A stretch of DNA of 64,000 nt, taken from assembly GCA_036172245.1 (NCBI GenBank), contig JAYWIR010000026.1, positions 2,914,001 through 2,978,000 on the forward strand, written 5' to 3'. The notes under the pieces were generated by a model, which did not search any database, was not told the origin of the DNA, and worked only from the letters and a program-made list of their open reading frames with translations. The position numbers were made by a program, and so were the translations under genes. Position 1 is the stretch's first letter; every line of letters starts with the position of its first letter. Of this stretch, positions 47,501 to 60,929 are shown piece by piece. The DNA is from Raillietiella orientalis (Eukaryota).

Positions 47501-49000
47501 CTTCAGCTGTGGCTATGCTCTACCGGAAGAGCAGCCCTGAACTAGGATTACGAACCCTTTGTTACCCTTTGTGGTTTCGGTGCGTGGGATCCTCATCGTC
47601 TATGTCTTCAACATCCTGTCTTCGCAAAGTATAGACATTCTTTGTTCGACTATTCGTGGATGACTATCGCTACTGTTCCCTTCTCCCAGCAAATATCAGA
47701 AGGAAATAGCTCATCTGTTTCCAGCTCCTTTGTGACATAATTCTCTTGTTTGTGAAATCGCGCTTCTAGGTCGCAAATCCGGATAATAGCATCATTTAAG
47801 TTGGCATACGTTGCCAAGGATTGTCATAGCTCCTATCAATCTTCTAGACCGTTTAGAAGAACGACTGACCCAGCGATTGACCATCTTACACGCAAGAAAT
47901 CTTTCTTTCTTTGCGTACAGAGTTAGCATTTCTTCTATGGTATTTGGATTGCAGGAAATTGCAGTTTCTTTGCTACTAAAATTTGGAAATATGTCCAGGT
48001 GGCCTTTCAAAGAAACCAGGAACATGGAACTTTTTTCTTCAATTTCCCTGTCCAGTTCCTTGCTCGACAAGACAGTAACATTTCCACTTCCATTAAGACA
48101 CGTTATCTTATAACCTTATATTCTTAGGTATTTGAGAAATCACATTCTCACACACCCGTGTTCTAATCTTACATTATGCTCTTCTTAACGATTACGGCAA
48201 TAAAGCCTGCAGCATTTTAACTCAGTATCGTTAGTTTCTGGGAATTGGAATTTCTATCACTCATGGTTCAGGAGATCTACCTCTCGTCTCGTATGCTATC
48301 TGGGGTTTCCACATGGGGCACATCCAAACTCTTCTTGCGCTTGCACACAATACTCAAGTCTTCTACATGAGATAGTTGAAATTTCATCCCTGTGAATCAA
48401 ATGCTCTTTCTTTGGGGAAATTCCTGCGTAATCGAATCCCATTTTGCAAATCATTCCTACTGCATTCCCTGTAAGATGTGAAGGGCAATTTTGGATTCTC
48501 CACGTACTCTTCGACGTATCTGGAGGTGCCGGCAACGAGATGTGCGAGTGAGTCGGGGGAGCCTTGCTTCGCACCGTCAAGGAAGCCTCCAGAGGTCATG
48601 ACCGGGAAGCATCCAGGTAGCTTTTCCCTTCTCTTCCCAGGAGAGCGATTCCTCTTTGTTCCTTGCTGGAATGGGAACGAATGTGGCTTTACGCTGTTGC
48701 TATTAATAGACTCCGTTTTCAAGATGGTGCTTTCTGGATCTCATTTCAAGCATGGTGCTGCACGCGACTTCAAACGAGAGTTTTGTGGACGAATCATCAG
48801 AGAGACCTTCGCTACCGTGAGCGTACAATGAGCCTGGGATGTGCCGCTTTGTTGCAGAAGCAAACTCATTAACGAGGTTTCGGTCCTCGGCTCTCTCTGT
48901 GCAAGCGAGGTGAGCTATCGCGGGAAACACGCACCCACATTTGCTACAGCAGCGCCAATCTACCGCGGCGCTACTACGAGCGAAACGCCGCCGCTTGCCG
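44600..49000 (-). pseudogene. Scattered, very old L1/Tx1-like remnants
   Basis: FGERRKPRV and LVYFHGLP (~44.7-45.05 kb); LPGD...QKGGD (~46.4-46.55 kb); knuckle-like Cys cluster (~48.3 kb). No continuous ORF. Confidence 0.3.
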
Positions 49001-51719
49001 GATGTCTCGCTCTTGGCATCTCTTAAAAAGTCCCCAGATGAGGGAGGGAGAGAGGGGAGTGGGGAGGAAAGGGATGTACGCACACGCACAAATTCTTGGA
49101 AGTGGTTTGCCTGGTGTCCAGCGATGGCTCTAACGCGACGATGCCCCGTGCACAGACGTGACCCCGCGAGGAAAACATGTAATTCAGGCGAAACTACTGA
49201 GTTGCGGAGGAAACACCAGTGTCTTCATCGTAGATCTTATTGCTGCCGGGTCCTTACTGTTTTGCTCGCTGCGTTGCCAACCAGCTAGCATTCCGAGCTA
49301 ATCGACTCCCCGAAAATACGGGAGCCTCGATTTGTGTGGATTTATTTGAATTTGTTTTCGCCCGTTGGACTTTGCCTCACGGGGAGAGTCAAATGAAGCC
49401 CCGGCGATTTCGTGGCGCACCTCTTCCTTCTCGTGCCTTGTCTTTAGCACGCGGGCGGGAAAGGGGGGGGGAAGCGCTGTCGAGAATGCTCCCCCGCTGC
49501 CGCGGCCCGAAGAGACTCAGCAAGCGACATACGCAGAGGCGGTGGTCAGCCTCCTCTCAACCTCGGCAGGAGGAATAAAGCCGCACGTGGTGTCTTTCCT
49601 CCTCCTCCTCCTCTCGTTGTCGTTCCTCGGCCCACGCTCCCCTGTTCTTCCTTCGCATTTCTGATGGCGATGCCAACCGTCTCAGAGCCCACTGATCCGC
49701 CCATCTCGGACGCTGCCTTCCTTTCAAGGCAAGTGAGGACCCGTGAGGATTCGACCGGCTAGTGTCCTTAATGAGGCCTGAGATCGGCTGTTCTTCGACG
49801 TCACCTACCGAGCCGCAATAACCAAGCGTAGTCGCGCCGAGGGCGCTGCCAGGGAGAGACGCCGATCCCTCGGACGGGAATCGGCAAGCGTCGGCTTGCG
49901 AGTGAGGCTCCAGACCGTGGAGGGCCCGTTCCAGGGAAATGCTCATTTCCAAGTCTACTGCGCTCCGAAGGCGCGTCCCTATCAACTGGGGTTCAAATGG
50001 CCAAAGCCATCCTGGGAGTCGCGCGGAAAGCACTCCGTGATTGCTGCTGTTCTTTCGCGCCCTCCCTTTGGCGCGAAAAGCCGACGGGGAGCTTTGAAGT
50101 TTTGATCGGACTCAATTTGGCGAGCTCACTAATCTAGATAGCTTGGATTTGAGGGCTTCATTTAGCATAGTATACATGGTAACCAGATACCAATCTCCAT
50201 GAGGTATCCAATCGTTAACTACTTTGCGCTTACATATCGTCCCATACGCAAAACAGGCATACAGCGAATTAATTGCTATCTCCTCGGCATCACTAGGTAC
50301 TGTCTTGAGTCGTGTAGTAAGTATGCCACATTTGCAAACTGGTATACACGACAAGGTAGTAAGTAGCATGCCTTGTCTGAGATGCACACTGGGAGTTTTT
50401 GGCTCAAAGGTAGGGTTATATCACTGCCTATTGCTTGGGTGATAATTGCTTCGGTTCGAAGAGGAACACTCTGGATTCTTGCTGGACTTTCAGTTGTTTT
50501 CTTGGTCCACCATCTCTGGATTGCTTTAGTTGATTTTTAGTTTTATTTTAGAAAGGTAAGATGTTTCTTGCCCTTCAGGCATCTTTTGATCTAGTGCTTA
50601 TTCTACATCTGCCTTCCTCTCTAACAAACTTTCGTCTTGAGATGTCCAAAGCACAAGATCCATCGCATCTTTTCCATTGGCAATCTCATCGGTTTTTAGC
50701 TCGGCTTGTTCAGAGCTGCTACAACTCTCTAGCTTCTTATGGCTGTAGAGTGCCCCAGTATGGGACTAGTTCATGACTGTAGTTAATCCTCCGTGAAGCT
50801 GTGAAATACCATGGGAAATTACGAGTAGAAGGAATGCCATAAGAAAAACAACTAAAGAACACAACAAATATCGGGAAACACAACTGTTTTTTGCCATATG
50901 TTTCCTTTGCCAGAATTCCATTGCCTCAGTGCCAATAATAAGAGGCAATAAAATGTTGCTTGCATTACAGCAGCACTTTTCCTCTTGTGCTTGGTGTTTG
51001 TGGTTCACCAGAAGTAGAAATCGATCGGCTGTGTGTTTTGATAGTAATGCCTTCTCCTGTACTATTTGGAATTCTCACATGTGGTTCCAAATCAGTGTGG
51101 AGCAATGAGCATCATTACTTTAATCGCTAGCCGACACTCTTAGGTCACATCAGCCCTGTTTTCTGAAAATAAACGCACGGAACAAGAGCTTTCTCTGCCA
51201 CGGAAGTCAATTGGACGAGGTTTTTTTTAGCCACAAAGGGTCCAAGAGCACGATGAATAAGTTCCGTATCCTGTGAATATCCACAGGCGGATTTTGTATT
51301 GCTACTTCGAGTGATGCAGCAATTGCTATTTGTGCATGTTTGGGAACCAGTCCTATTTCCGGCTGATCACTGCTGTCACTTTTGGGGCGCACCTGAGAAG
51401 AAGTAGACCTTCTGCCTTGAGTCAGCAAGGGTACGACGTGGAATGGTTTGCCAAAAATATACTATCCGCTGGCATCATATGTATTTGCTCAAGAAGATAG
51501 TACTCAGGCGATTGTCCACTCCAAGTAATGGCATGTTCTGTAGCCAAAAGAAGTGCGTGATCCTCCAAGCGTGTCTCACTCCTGTTATAGCCACCACAGG
51601 ATGCAGGCGCTTTCCTCGCTTAAGCATTTCTTTCTTTCTTTCTTAAGCATATCGGCTTATGAGAAGGCTTTTCATCTTCAACAGCTAGTCCTCCAGGCGC
51701 AACACTGAATATGTGAAGA

Positions 51720-52480
51720 TCCTACGAGACCGCCCACTTAATGGCTCATGGTCTCGCTTTCTTTAGGACAAACAAAACACGCCCACAGGGTCCGTAGAAA
51801 ATGTTGAAGAATGATCACATTTTTTGTCATGCAGCCGTGCCTCTTAGCACTCATAGCGCATGTTCAGAAATTCCACATTAAAGTTGTTCATTGCGAGAGA
51901 TTCCATTTTGCTGTGTCCACGTGTGGAGCTATTCTCCCAGGACGGGACTGGTTTTTATTGCCATGGTTGGGTTGCTGTCGACAGATTTCTGAAGCAAACC
52001 TTATCAATGCTTCGTTAACCTACCTTCCTTCTATGGCGGAGACGTGCTACTTCACGGTAAAACGAGGCGAAAATGCCGCTTGTGCCGCGGATCAGCAAGG
52101 TAAATTGCTGTACCGAGGTGATCAGCTTTGATATAACTACGCAAGGAGACCATCTAGTCCTAGAACCTCTTTGGTCTATGCTATGAAGATGATTAGCTCA
52201 CAGATTTGTGAAAACCACACGAAGACATCTCTCCTCCTTTCCTATTGCCAAAGCACTTACCTGGACCAGGTTTAAAAAAGAGTGGCGTTTAATTGGCCCA
52301 AGCTTGTAAAAGGAGGAATTAAAGAAGACTACAAGAGCGGTAGCCCAGTGCTCCCGGCTTCTGTCGTCCAGCAAGCTGGCTCACCTAATTTTCCGGGCTT
52401 GCCTCTCGGCTCACGCTCTGCGGATTCAACGGAGCTTATGATAGGATAACGAAAGTACAAATCACCTTCCTCAGTTCTCG
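51720..52480 (-). pseudogene. Decayed Tx1 RT N-terminal fragment fused to an RLE-type C-terminal fragment
   Basis: ASLLDD and VQQFTLLIRGT...ASF, then CFVCPKESETMSH. Inverted homolog at 58460-59200. Confidence 0.55.
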
Positions 52481-52569
52481 TAGTTGAGGATCGTCGGACA
52501 ATATGAAGGTGTGGGTGCACCTAGTTTGATGCTACAAGTTTTGACTTTCATCATTGATGGATCCCACCT

Positions 52570-52790
52570 CAACGATGATCTAGTCTCTGTGTAGGCATGC
52601 TGGAGGAAGATGTTGCCTTCATGTTCGCCGGAGAAGTTACAGACGTTAAATTACGTTACAATGACGCAGCATTTATGCAGCGCTTGCTCCGCGTCCTAAT
52701 GACCATTGGTGCAAATAAAGTCTTTCCAACCGCTAGGAAGGACTCTTCCTTCATCCAGCTTTCCGATATCGAGCAGAAGCAAATGATCTG
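52570..52790 (+). pseudogene. Family D ORF1 fragment
   Basis: AAFMQRLLRVLMTIGANKVFP...SFIQLSDIE matches AAHVQRLRTPLSIGGKEVLP...SFVVQLCDVE. Confidence 0.7.
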
Positions 52791-52799
52791 CGTAAACCG

Positions 52800-53965
52800 A
52801 TACGGCAGGCGTGTCTGAACGCGAGCTCGGAAAAGTTGCCAGAGTTTCCCTGTATGGTCTTAAAACCAACTCCATCTTAGAAATAGATGCTAAAGAGCAA
52901 GAAGCTCAGGTTGTTACCCTGCCATATGCCGCACTGAGTCGGCACACCGGTTGCGTCGTTGGGCTGCGAGTTTCTTCTGCAATGGCCCAGACTGGTCGAG
53001 ATATTCGGGAATGTCACCGGTGGCAATCAAAGCCTAAGGTCTCGATGAAGGCCAGAACAATTAAAAACTGACCTTGAGGCAGAGGCAGAGAATTTCGTTC
53101 TTGAGACGCATCAAACGCAAGGTCCCCTACTTGGATTCTTGCTTCTTCCTTTTGAAAGGTCCAAACTGCAGACATTCGAGATGACGTCTTTCTTCCAGTA
53201 GTCCAAATACTCTTGATGTTCCCACTGGGACGGGAGAAATATCACCGAAATATCTCCGAATAGGAATCCATCAAGCTCATCCAACGAGGGTTGAAGGAGC
53301 AGTTTTTTATGTACCATCTCTCGAAGCGATTTCATAGCCAGATCCTTTACGGAGATGTCTTGCGAAGTTAGGATCTCAAGGCAACTGTTTCCTGTAAAGA
53401 TTTCAGCCTCTGCCTCTTGATGCGACTGACAGATGTCAGTCGCATCAAGCTGAGGTATCCACTGTTTTCTCCATATGGATATTAATTAGCTGCTCTAGCT
53501 AAGAGTTCTCCACTTCTTTCCTGATTTCAACATCCACAATCTTCCATTCGTTCTTCTGATGCGACCCTTGCCTTTGGAAATACACAAGGCTAGAAGAAAA
53601 AAGTCTTTAGTACATCAATCTTCTTCCAAGGAGACAGGCCTGATTCCATGATAGTCAATTCCTTACCTATCATTCCCTCCTTGGCAGGCGCGGACGTGAA
53701 CATCTCAATCCCAAAAAACTTGCCCAAATACTTGTACGCATCCGAGAGCGATAGGCTGGGAATCAAGCCACCAATGACTTGCAAATTCAAGCTTCTAATA
53801 CCTTTCGATGTTCTTCCATAATATCAGCGCATTTCTGCGGATTTATACAAAGACCTGACCTTTTAATAAGAGACGCCAAATGCTGTAATTTCTTCGGATG
53901 TCCTCTTCCGAAATTCCAATGACGACTAGGTCATCAGTATATGCAAGGAGCGAAACTTCACCAGC
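52800..53965 (-). pseudogene. Decayed RLE-type (NeSL/Utopia-like) non-LTR fragment
   Basis: LLAYTDDLVV, YKYLGK, LSPWKKIDVLKTF, IETLG..CH. Collinear with the 61333..63927 protein. Confidence 0.75.
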
Positions 53966-53984
53966 GTGCTCTGCTTAAAAGTAC

Positions 53985-55560
53985 CTAATGGAGCACAAGC
54001 AGAGCAGTATCCTGCCAATCCAAAGAAAGGGTGCCACTGCCCCAAGACTCCGGGGGCCACTTCACCTCCTCTGGAGGTATATTGAGCAGCTTGCCCTAGT
54101 GCACAAGTCCATTCGGCGTAACACTCGGGGTACTAGCGTCCGCTAGTTCCTGGGAAGTCCACGCCTTCAATAGTTTTTTCCTGCCTCCAATGAAACAGGA
54201 CACCTCACACGATGCCTCCTCCTGGCTGTCCCTGGCTTCTCAGAGGAAGGGCAGTACAATTCAAGGTAGGTAATGGAAGCTCTCAAAAGTTTTCTTGGGT
54301 TGCATATGATCTCCTGCAGGGGATGCCCAGTGTACCTACCTCGACGAAGGCTGAAGTCCACATCGCTGGAGCCGTTGATTTTTGCCCACGCGGAAACGGA
54401 CTCCTGGAGCCAGGTAGTCCAGTCCGCGGGGATGCAGGAGATCCACGGATTGTCCCTCACCAGGGCAACCAGATCCCGTAGCTGAAACCCGCAGTGGTTC
54501 AGACCACGGTCGTTGGCTACTAGGATTGAGATCAATCCGTAGCAGCCGGTTGCCCTGTGGGCGAGGAGTCCTGTGAGTGCACACCATGGTGCTGTCCAGT
54601 ATTTTGCCACAAGGGCAAGTTTTCTGACTTCGAGCTGTCGATCCATGCGTTCCAACGTCAGGAGACCAAGTCCGTCCCTGCGTGGAGTGCACAGGTCTTT
54701 AATTCGCACACGGGGACTCCGATTGCCCCAAACGTCTTTCCTGATGAGGCCCTCCGTCCATGTCCTGATTTGGGGTGGAGCGAGGCAAACAAAAAGTGGG
54801 GGGTAAAGTAGGAGGGCCACGTAGGCGTTCCTCACCGCGGCCCGCTCCTGCAAGTTAAACTTGCCTTCCCGTAACGGGCCGATTACCAACTCCACCTTTT
54901 AGAGGTGGTCGGTCCAGACTTCTGCGGCGCAGAATTTCCCCAACGGAACGACAAGTTACTTGGAGCACTCGCACGTGGGGATTTCCAACCAGATTCATTC
55001 TGGTCGTCCAGCCCACATCGAGCCAAGATGAGTAATGGACGAACCTGGAGGAAGACAGTTCAGAAAGAACTGGTCGCGGAACTGTAAATGTTGATTTGCA
55101 AGAATAAACGCCTTGGCACATATGGGTGAGAATCTAGCGTCATGCAGTTTAAAATGTCGCATGAATGCATGGAGATGTCTGTTGCTCCTGCGAAATTAAG
55201 CCATGCTTCTGTTAGGAACTACGTTTGGGAGTGTACGGACATTTGCACACTGCACAGCACAAGTCCGAAGTGATTGGACAGCCTTGACGGTATTGCTCCT
55301 CGATTTTCCATTTGTGTGCCCTGACAATTGTTGAGGAAGATGTGATCGATGTTTGTAGCCGTCCAACTTTTCCGGTCAACAAGTTGGTTGCGTACATTGC
55401 TGCCCACAGCTCGTTGATCAGTTGTACTCGTACATCGCATGCAGATGACGGTGGACTCATTGTTGTCGTTGCTTCGACGATCGATTTAGAACTATGCTCC
55501 CAGAGTTTGAGCAGGAGCCACATTTCCGAGCTGTGGCAGGTACGAGTCGACTGAGTCAAT
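53985..55560 (-). mobile_element. Family C fragment (late RT / C-terminal region) with upstream APE remnant
   Basis: ORF 54167..54895 is closely similar to 36257..37111. IDHIFL...LSNH APE motifs at ~55250-55360. Confidence 0.85.
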
Positions 55561-56249
55561 CCCTCACATTCTTTTAAACAGAAATACCGTCAAGGAAATC
55601 TGGTGGGGATGATAGAAGCAACTCTGCACCAGGAGGACACCGCAAGCGTAGGTTCTTGGTTCCCATGGCCACCGTTACTACAATCATGGGTTGCATCAGC
55701 GCCATCGTTTCGGCCTGACAGGTGCTGGAAATCACCAGGCATCCGAGAAGAATCATCAGGATGGCAGCCACTTACAGCCTTTACGGCTGCTAGGTGACCT
55801 CCTCTGATAAAAGATTAGATCACCCATATCCACCGTCGGTCGATGGGTGGTTCGGAACGGCGAACCCGGTGATCTTTGTCCTTTTCCTCCCATTATTATC
55901 TTTTTCCCCTAATTCCACTTTCCCTTACTTTCTTGATTCTTTCTGTTTTGATCCCGTTGAATACGAAGCACTTAGGAAGTCTTGTGCCCGTTATTCTAAT
56001 TTTGTTTTTGTTTTCTAGTTTTTTCCTTGCTCCTTTTCCGTTACGGAATTTCCGTCTTCGCTGCCTGCCTGCTGGTGAACCCTCCCGTTTCTTTTTGGTC
56101 TGTGTCGAGTTCTTTGTTCTCCATTTGTCTGCGTGACCGGGAGATAGATATCCACATCCGAGGAGATGTTGTTACAGAAATCCCCGTCTGCTTGTGCTTC
56201 TCTTTAGTGTTGAGCCTGTAGAAGTAAAAGGCAACTCCTTCTGAGGCAA

Positions 56250-57366
56250 TGGAAATTAGCAGAGCTGCGTCCGCCCCTGTTGTCTCAAAATGAACGGCCG
56301 CCTGAAATTCGTCTCACGTCACCCGTGAGGAGTTTCGCTGATGTTGCTGCAGCCGCAGCTATCAGAGGGGGGCCACTTGACGAGGTGGAGTTGCGGGCAT
56401 ATCTTGCCCAAAGCAACAACTCCGTACTCTTCTATTAGGTGAGCGGCGTTCTTGCCGGTCGCGATGCAAAACAGTTCAGCGATAAACTGACCCGTGTAGG
56501 CATCCGCTAGGCTGACGTTCTCGCCCTCATGAACGTTAGGGGCATGGGTCGCGTTAAAGCGTGAAAGACGCGGCACTTGTGTAGCGTGCTTCGCACGCTA
56601 CTCAGCACTCGCGTCAAGAAGGTTTTTCCGACCTGCATGAAGTCGTTCGTGGTGGAATTTTCCAAAATCGAACCGGAAATCTGCAGCAGCGATGTCAAGA
56701 GACGTGATGGAAAAATCCACCAGAATCCACGAGCTCTGGAGGAATCCAAGCACCTTCTAGGGCTTTCTGTCCATCCACAGCAAAGTTGCCGCTGTTCGGC
56801 TTACAGTGGCGAACCACCGAGTATTGCCTGCGAGGCTGAGGGTGAACGACCCCTTCGTTCACCTTTAATACGCAACCAAGCCTCGCACGTTCAAAGAATG
56901 CGTCGAAGAGGGGCATCGCCAAAATGGATTCCTCTCAGGTAAATGCCGATATTGCAATGGTAAGGGACACGATTTACAAATGCTTCGAAGAAAATAAAAG
57001 ACCCACGGGAGGAATATAGCGAAACCAAAATAGCAGATCAAAAACCGAGCAACGCACGCCCGATCCCGCGACGGATAAGACGCTTTAGAAGGCACGGAAG
57101 GGCTCAGGAAGCCCGCAACTGTCCCCGTTGTGAACGGCGGCACTGCAGGTGAGGTCTTCAAAGCCCCAACCAAACGCGACACAGCGAATATAGGTAAGCA
57201 GCAGCGCAGATGCACGAAAACCGCTACTCCTGCTACGCCTTCCCCTTCGTGGCCACGAAGTGTCAAAAGAAGGAGACTACCGACTGGGGAGAGCGACCCA
57301 AGAAGAGCAAAGGGCCTTCTCTAGCGACCTTACTACAGGAAGGCAAAAGCCGTTTGACTTCTGAGG
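56250..57366 (+). pseudogene. Family D ORF1, degenerate
   Basis: RSFADVAA, VELRAYLAQ, KKVFPTCMKSFVV, KCRYCNGKGHD. Confidence 0.8.
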
Positions 57367-57660
57367 TTTTCCATGCCCTAATTGCGGTGAAATGAATTTA
57401 TTTTCTGCTTTTATCTATACAAGGTTAATGGTCAATGTCACTGTTTTTCACTTTCAGGGTTGATTTTCGGCATCAAGCCAGTGAATTTCAGTGGGGATAT
57501 CACTCACTTGAAAATGCTCCGAAATTCTTTGCAGTATATAATAGTAATTCCTAAAACGAATGAGTCCACACTTCCTGATCGAAATTTCCTTCTTCACTAG
57601 TCCATTGAGGATGGTTCTTGAGGATGGATTAGTTCAACATTTTCCTTCGCCTCCTTATGC
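57367..57660 (-). mobile_element. Old family B 3' end
   Basis: ttcctgatcgaaatttccttcttcactagtccattgaggat aligns to B 21960-22000. AATAAA (57397-57402, minus) lies at nearly the same distance from the terminus as in B. Confidence 0.7.
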
Positions 57661-57719
57661 GAGACTCTTTTCCAGCTGCCGCGAGTGCAGCACACGCGAA
57701 ATCCTGGACAAATAGACTG

Positions 57720-58155
57720 AGTGGAGGAGAGGCAGCAACAGCCGGAATGACATTTACGGGGCATTGATCTCTATGAAGAAGGCTTCCCTATGGCCCCGGC
57801 TACAAATCCTACGAACTGTCCTTGTCAGCATCGAAACCCAGGTCAGAGGACCACCTGCGGCAAACAAGTGATCCTTTCCCTTTCCTCTCCACCCCGGAAA
57901 ACATTGCCCTTCTCTTTTGTTTTTGTTTTTGATTTTTGTGGTTTTCCCTCCCCCATTGCCAGAGGAGATAACCTCACCGCCCTGAGGGCCGGCAACGGTA
58001 AGTGTTTCTAGAGAGGCAGAATCACGTGTTCTGCCTGAAAATAAATGTTGAGACTTTATTATGAGATCAGTTATTAGAAAATCATAAAATATTGCTTTCT
58101 TAGAAAACTGTATTGTTACAATCTTAATAAATGCCCGGAGAATCCGGGTGAAAAA
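57720..58155 (+). mobile_element. Family C-type 3' end
   Basis: agtgatcctttccctttcctc matches the C 3' UTR. AATAAA at 58126-58131 and terminal CCGGGTGAAAAA at 58144-58155. Confidence 0.75.
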
Positions 58156-58459
58156 GGTAGTAGGCAGGGAAATCAAGGAAAAGGGTTCTCAAGGATGCAG
58201 AACGCGATGCCTGCAAGAACGCATGATTCCTCACTGTGAACTGTCCCATTAGCAAAAGTGTGGAAGCCAACGAACGAGATAATGAGTTTACGGACGATTC
58301 ATATACTTCATATGGACGCTAGGCACTGGTCTTCAGCACAGGAGGCGAACACCACAGCGTGATCATGGTAGCAATGATTCTAAAGTAAGAAATCGCTTTC
58401 TGACGACGATTCTACGCCTGTTGGAACGTAAAATTGCTGCGCGACGGTGGTCAAAAGGC

Positions 58460-59200
58460 CCGACAGCTGATTTGTATCTTCGTTATCCTATCGCGAGCAT
58501 CGTTAAGATGTATAGAGCGCAGAGTATAGAGCGAGAGCCGAGACGCAAGCCCGGAAAATCGGGTGAGCCAGCTTGCTGAACCACCAGATCCGGAAGTACT
58601 CGACAGCTGCTCTTGTGGCCTTGTACAATTCCTCCCTTTACGCGCTACAGCTACTTCAATGCAATTTTTCTCAGACCGCCCGATCGTTGCCCTTACTTTC
58701 AGAGATTTCCTGTATTCTTTATGTGGCAATAGGAAAGGAGCAGAGAAGTCTCGATGTAGTTTTACAAATACATCAACAAGATTTCAGGGCTGGGAAGTGA
58801 TCCTGCAGAGTTTTTTCTAAGCCGACCACCTCGGTACAATAACTGACCTTGCTGTTACGCGGATCCAACGACATTTTTGCCTTGTATCGCTGTGCACTAG
58901 CACGTCTTCTCCCCAGAAATCAGAAGGGCTAAATGAGCATCAGGAAGGTCGATATGGTTTGCCTCAAAAATAGATCTGTCGAAGACCTAACCCTCCCTGA
59001 TAGTAAAGCACCACACTTAGTCACAGAGAGGTGAAATCTCTCACTATGGGAAAACGTAAAGTAGAATGTTTGAGCCTGCGTTGGGATTGCTACGGGGCAG
59101 GGTACCATGATCAGAAATGTGGTCATTTGTCACAGACAATTTTGGCATGCGCAAGCGTCTGACCAGAAAATAGCAAGACCATGAAACATGATGGTTGAGA
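58460..59200 (+). pseudogene. Inverted homolog of the 51720-52480 chimeric fragment
   Basis: Shared ordered blocks gatttgta..ttcgttatcctatc, gcaagcccggaaa..ggtgagccagcttgctg, cacctcggtaca, gcacgtct, agaccatga. Confidence 0.6.
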
Positions 59201-60929
59201 TCAGAACACCGGTGTGAAAGAAGTTAAGGTCTGAATGGGGCTACGGAAATTCCTTTAACATATGAGGTTAGAAAATCACGCCTTAACGGATAGGGAAATT
59301 ATGAAAATACTATTCATTAAACGACTGACTGGGCAAGAAAGCATCAACATTCGGAGTATTTTTGTAAACATAACAATACTTAATTGGCCCCATTCGAAAT
59401 TGAACACATTACAAAGTGATCGTCAAATCAACCCTAAGATGTATTAACATAGATCGCTGCTGGCATCTCTTGATTCTCGATGGTATTCACTGAGTTATCA
59501 AAGATCCACACTATCTCCAATCGCTGATCTGCGTTTAACCCCGTCTCTCTGCAGGAAACCTACGAGAAAACAGTCAACTTATGCTGGCATCGCTCATCCA
59601 TTGAACTAAAGACGTCCAGTCTTATGGAGAAATTGGTTTCACAATTGGAATCTGTTTCAAAATGGAAACAGCTACGAATTCCTGGTTGCCTCCTTCCGCA
59701 GGTTGTGTATTGTTCCTTTCTTAGAAACCGTTGGTATTGGAGCTAATCGCGACATGGGACCTCCAAAAACGCCAGCAAGGGCAGCACTTGGCCAACAGCA
59801 CTCTCAAGTTCCTACCCGGAAATACATTTCTTTGCCTTCATATCATCTAGAGTCAAGAAAACTGGAGAGCATGCTATCTGGCATGCTTTACGAGTACCGA
59901 GGGAATTGAACTGCGTTATGAAGCATCGACGCGATACTCAATTGCTGATGTACGTTAGGCTGTAGCATGGAGCATGTAGAGAGTACTGGCACAAGTTTAA
60001 GAACATTATGCTGGCCTCATGCAGCTGGTACACAATTAACATCCACTGCTTTGGAGTGAATATCCACAGACAAGGAAATCACTCTGCGGCAAGAAGAAGC
60101 TGGAGACTTGGAGAAGCTCACGGAAACGTAAGCAGGAAAGTATTTAAATGCGAAACCATACATAGAAATGCTTACTAGATTTTTTGCTTGCAGGAATGTT
60201 TGCATACTTTTGTGCGAAATTTTAGACAGAAGCAACGTCTTTAGGAATATGTTGAAGCAGAAGATATAGAAGCAAAGATTGTGTCAGACGCGTGAGATGA
60301 AGTACGAGAACTTTCCAGAGAGACAAAAGAAGGAAACCTAGCATGCGCAGATGGTACTGGATGGATGGATTGGTAATGGATTGCATTTGCAGATGCATGC
60401 CGAACACCTGCAAATATCAGCAACGGGGAAAGACAAAAATTCAAATGCCAAATCGGCGAAGGTGAGGCAAAAAAAGTTGCACCGTGATCAACATGGCAGC
60501 AGACTGGAGAGCCCCATTTCGAGTGCCGGCGGGGGACACGATATGCAGTCCATTCTATCGGACTGCATGGGTTGAATTAGTGGTGGATTTTTGAGCTACT
60601 TCAATGGCTACGCTGCGAACCATAGGGCAAGAGTACTGATCAATAAATCTGAGAGTAGCGATTTTAGCACTGCTCCTGCGCAAACAGGAGAAACCGCAGC
60701 CACAGCTACAGAAGAAGAAACTGAAGAATCGAAAACCGGCATGAAGTGCCGCTTCAAGGAATTCCCAATGATTCCATCGGGTCATCGATTTTTATTCGTG
60801 GTACGCAAATGCGATGCTGCTGCATTGTCCATAAATCAACATGTGCGGCTGCATGACAAAAGAGGAAAGCAGGAACCCTTACGGAAATGAGGAAACAGTA
60901 AACACTTGGCTGCTCAATCAGCACATATA

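Noticed and set aside
60900..60920. AGCCAAGTG on the minus strand resembling the R2 28S target TAGCCAAATG
   Set aside because: Only ~9 nt of similarity, and the following sequence does not match 28S rDNA.
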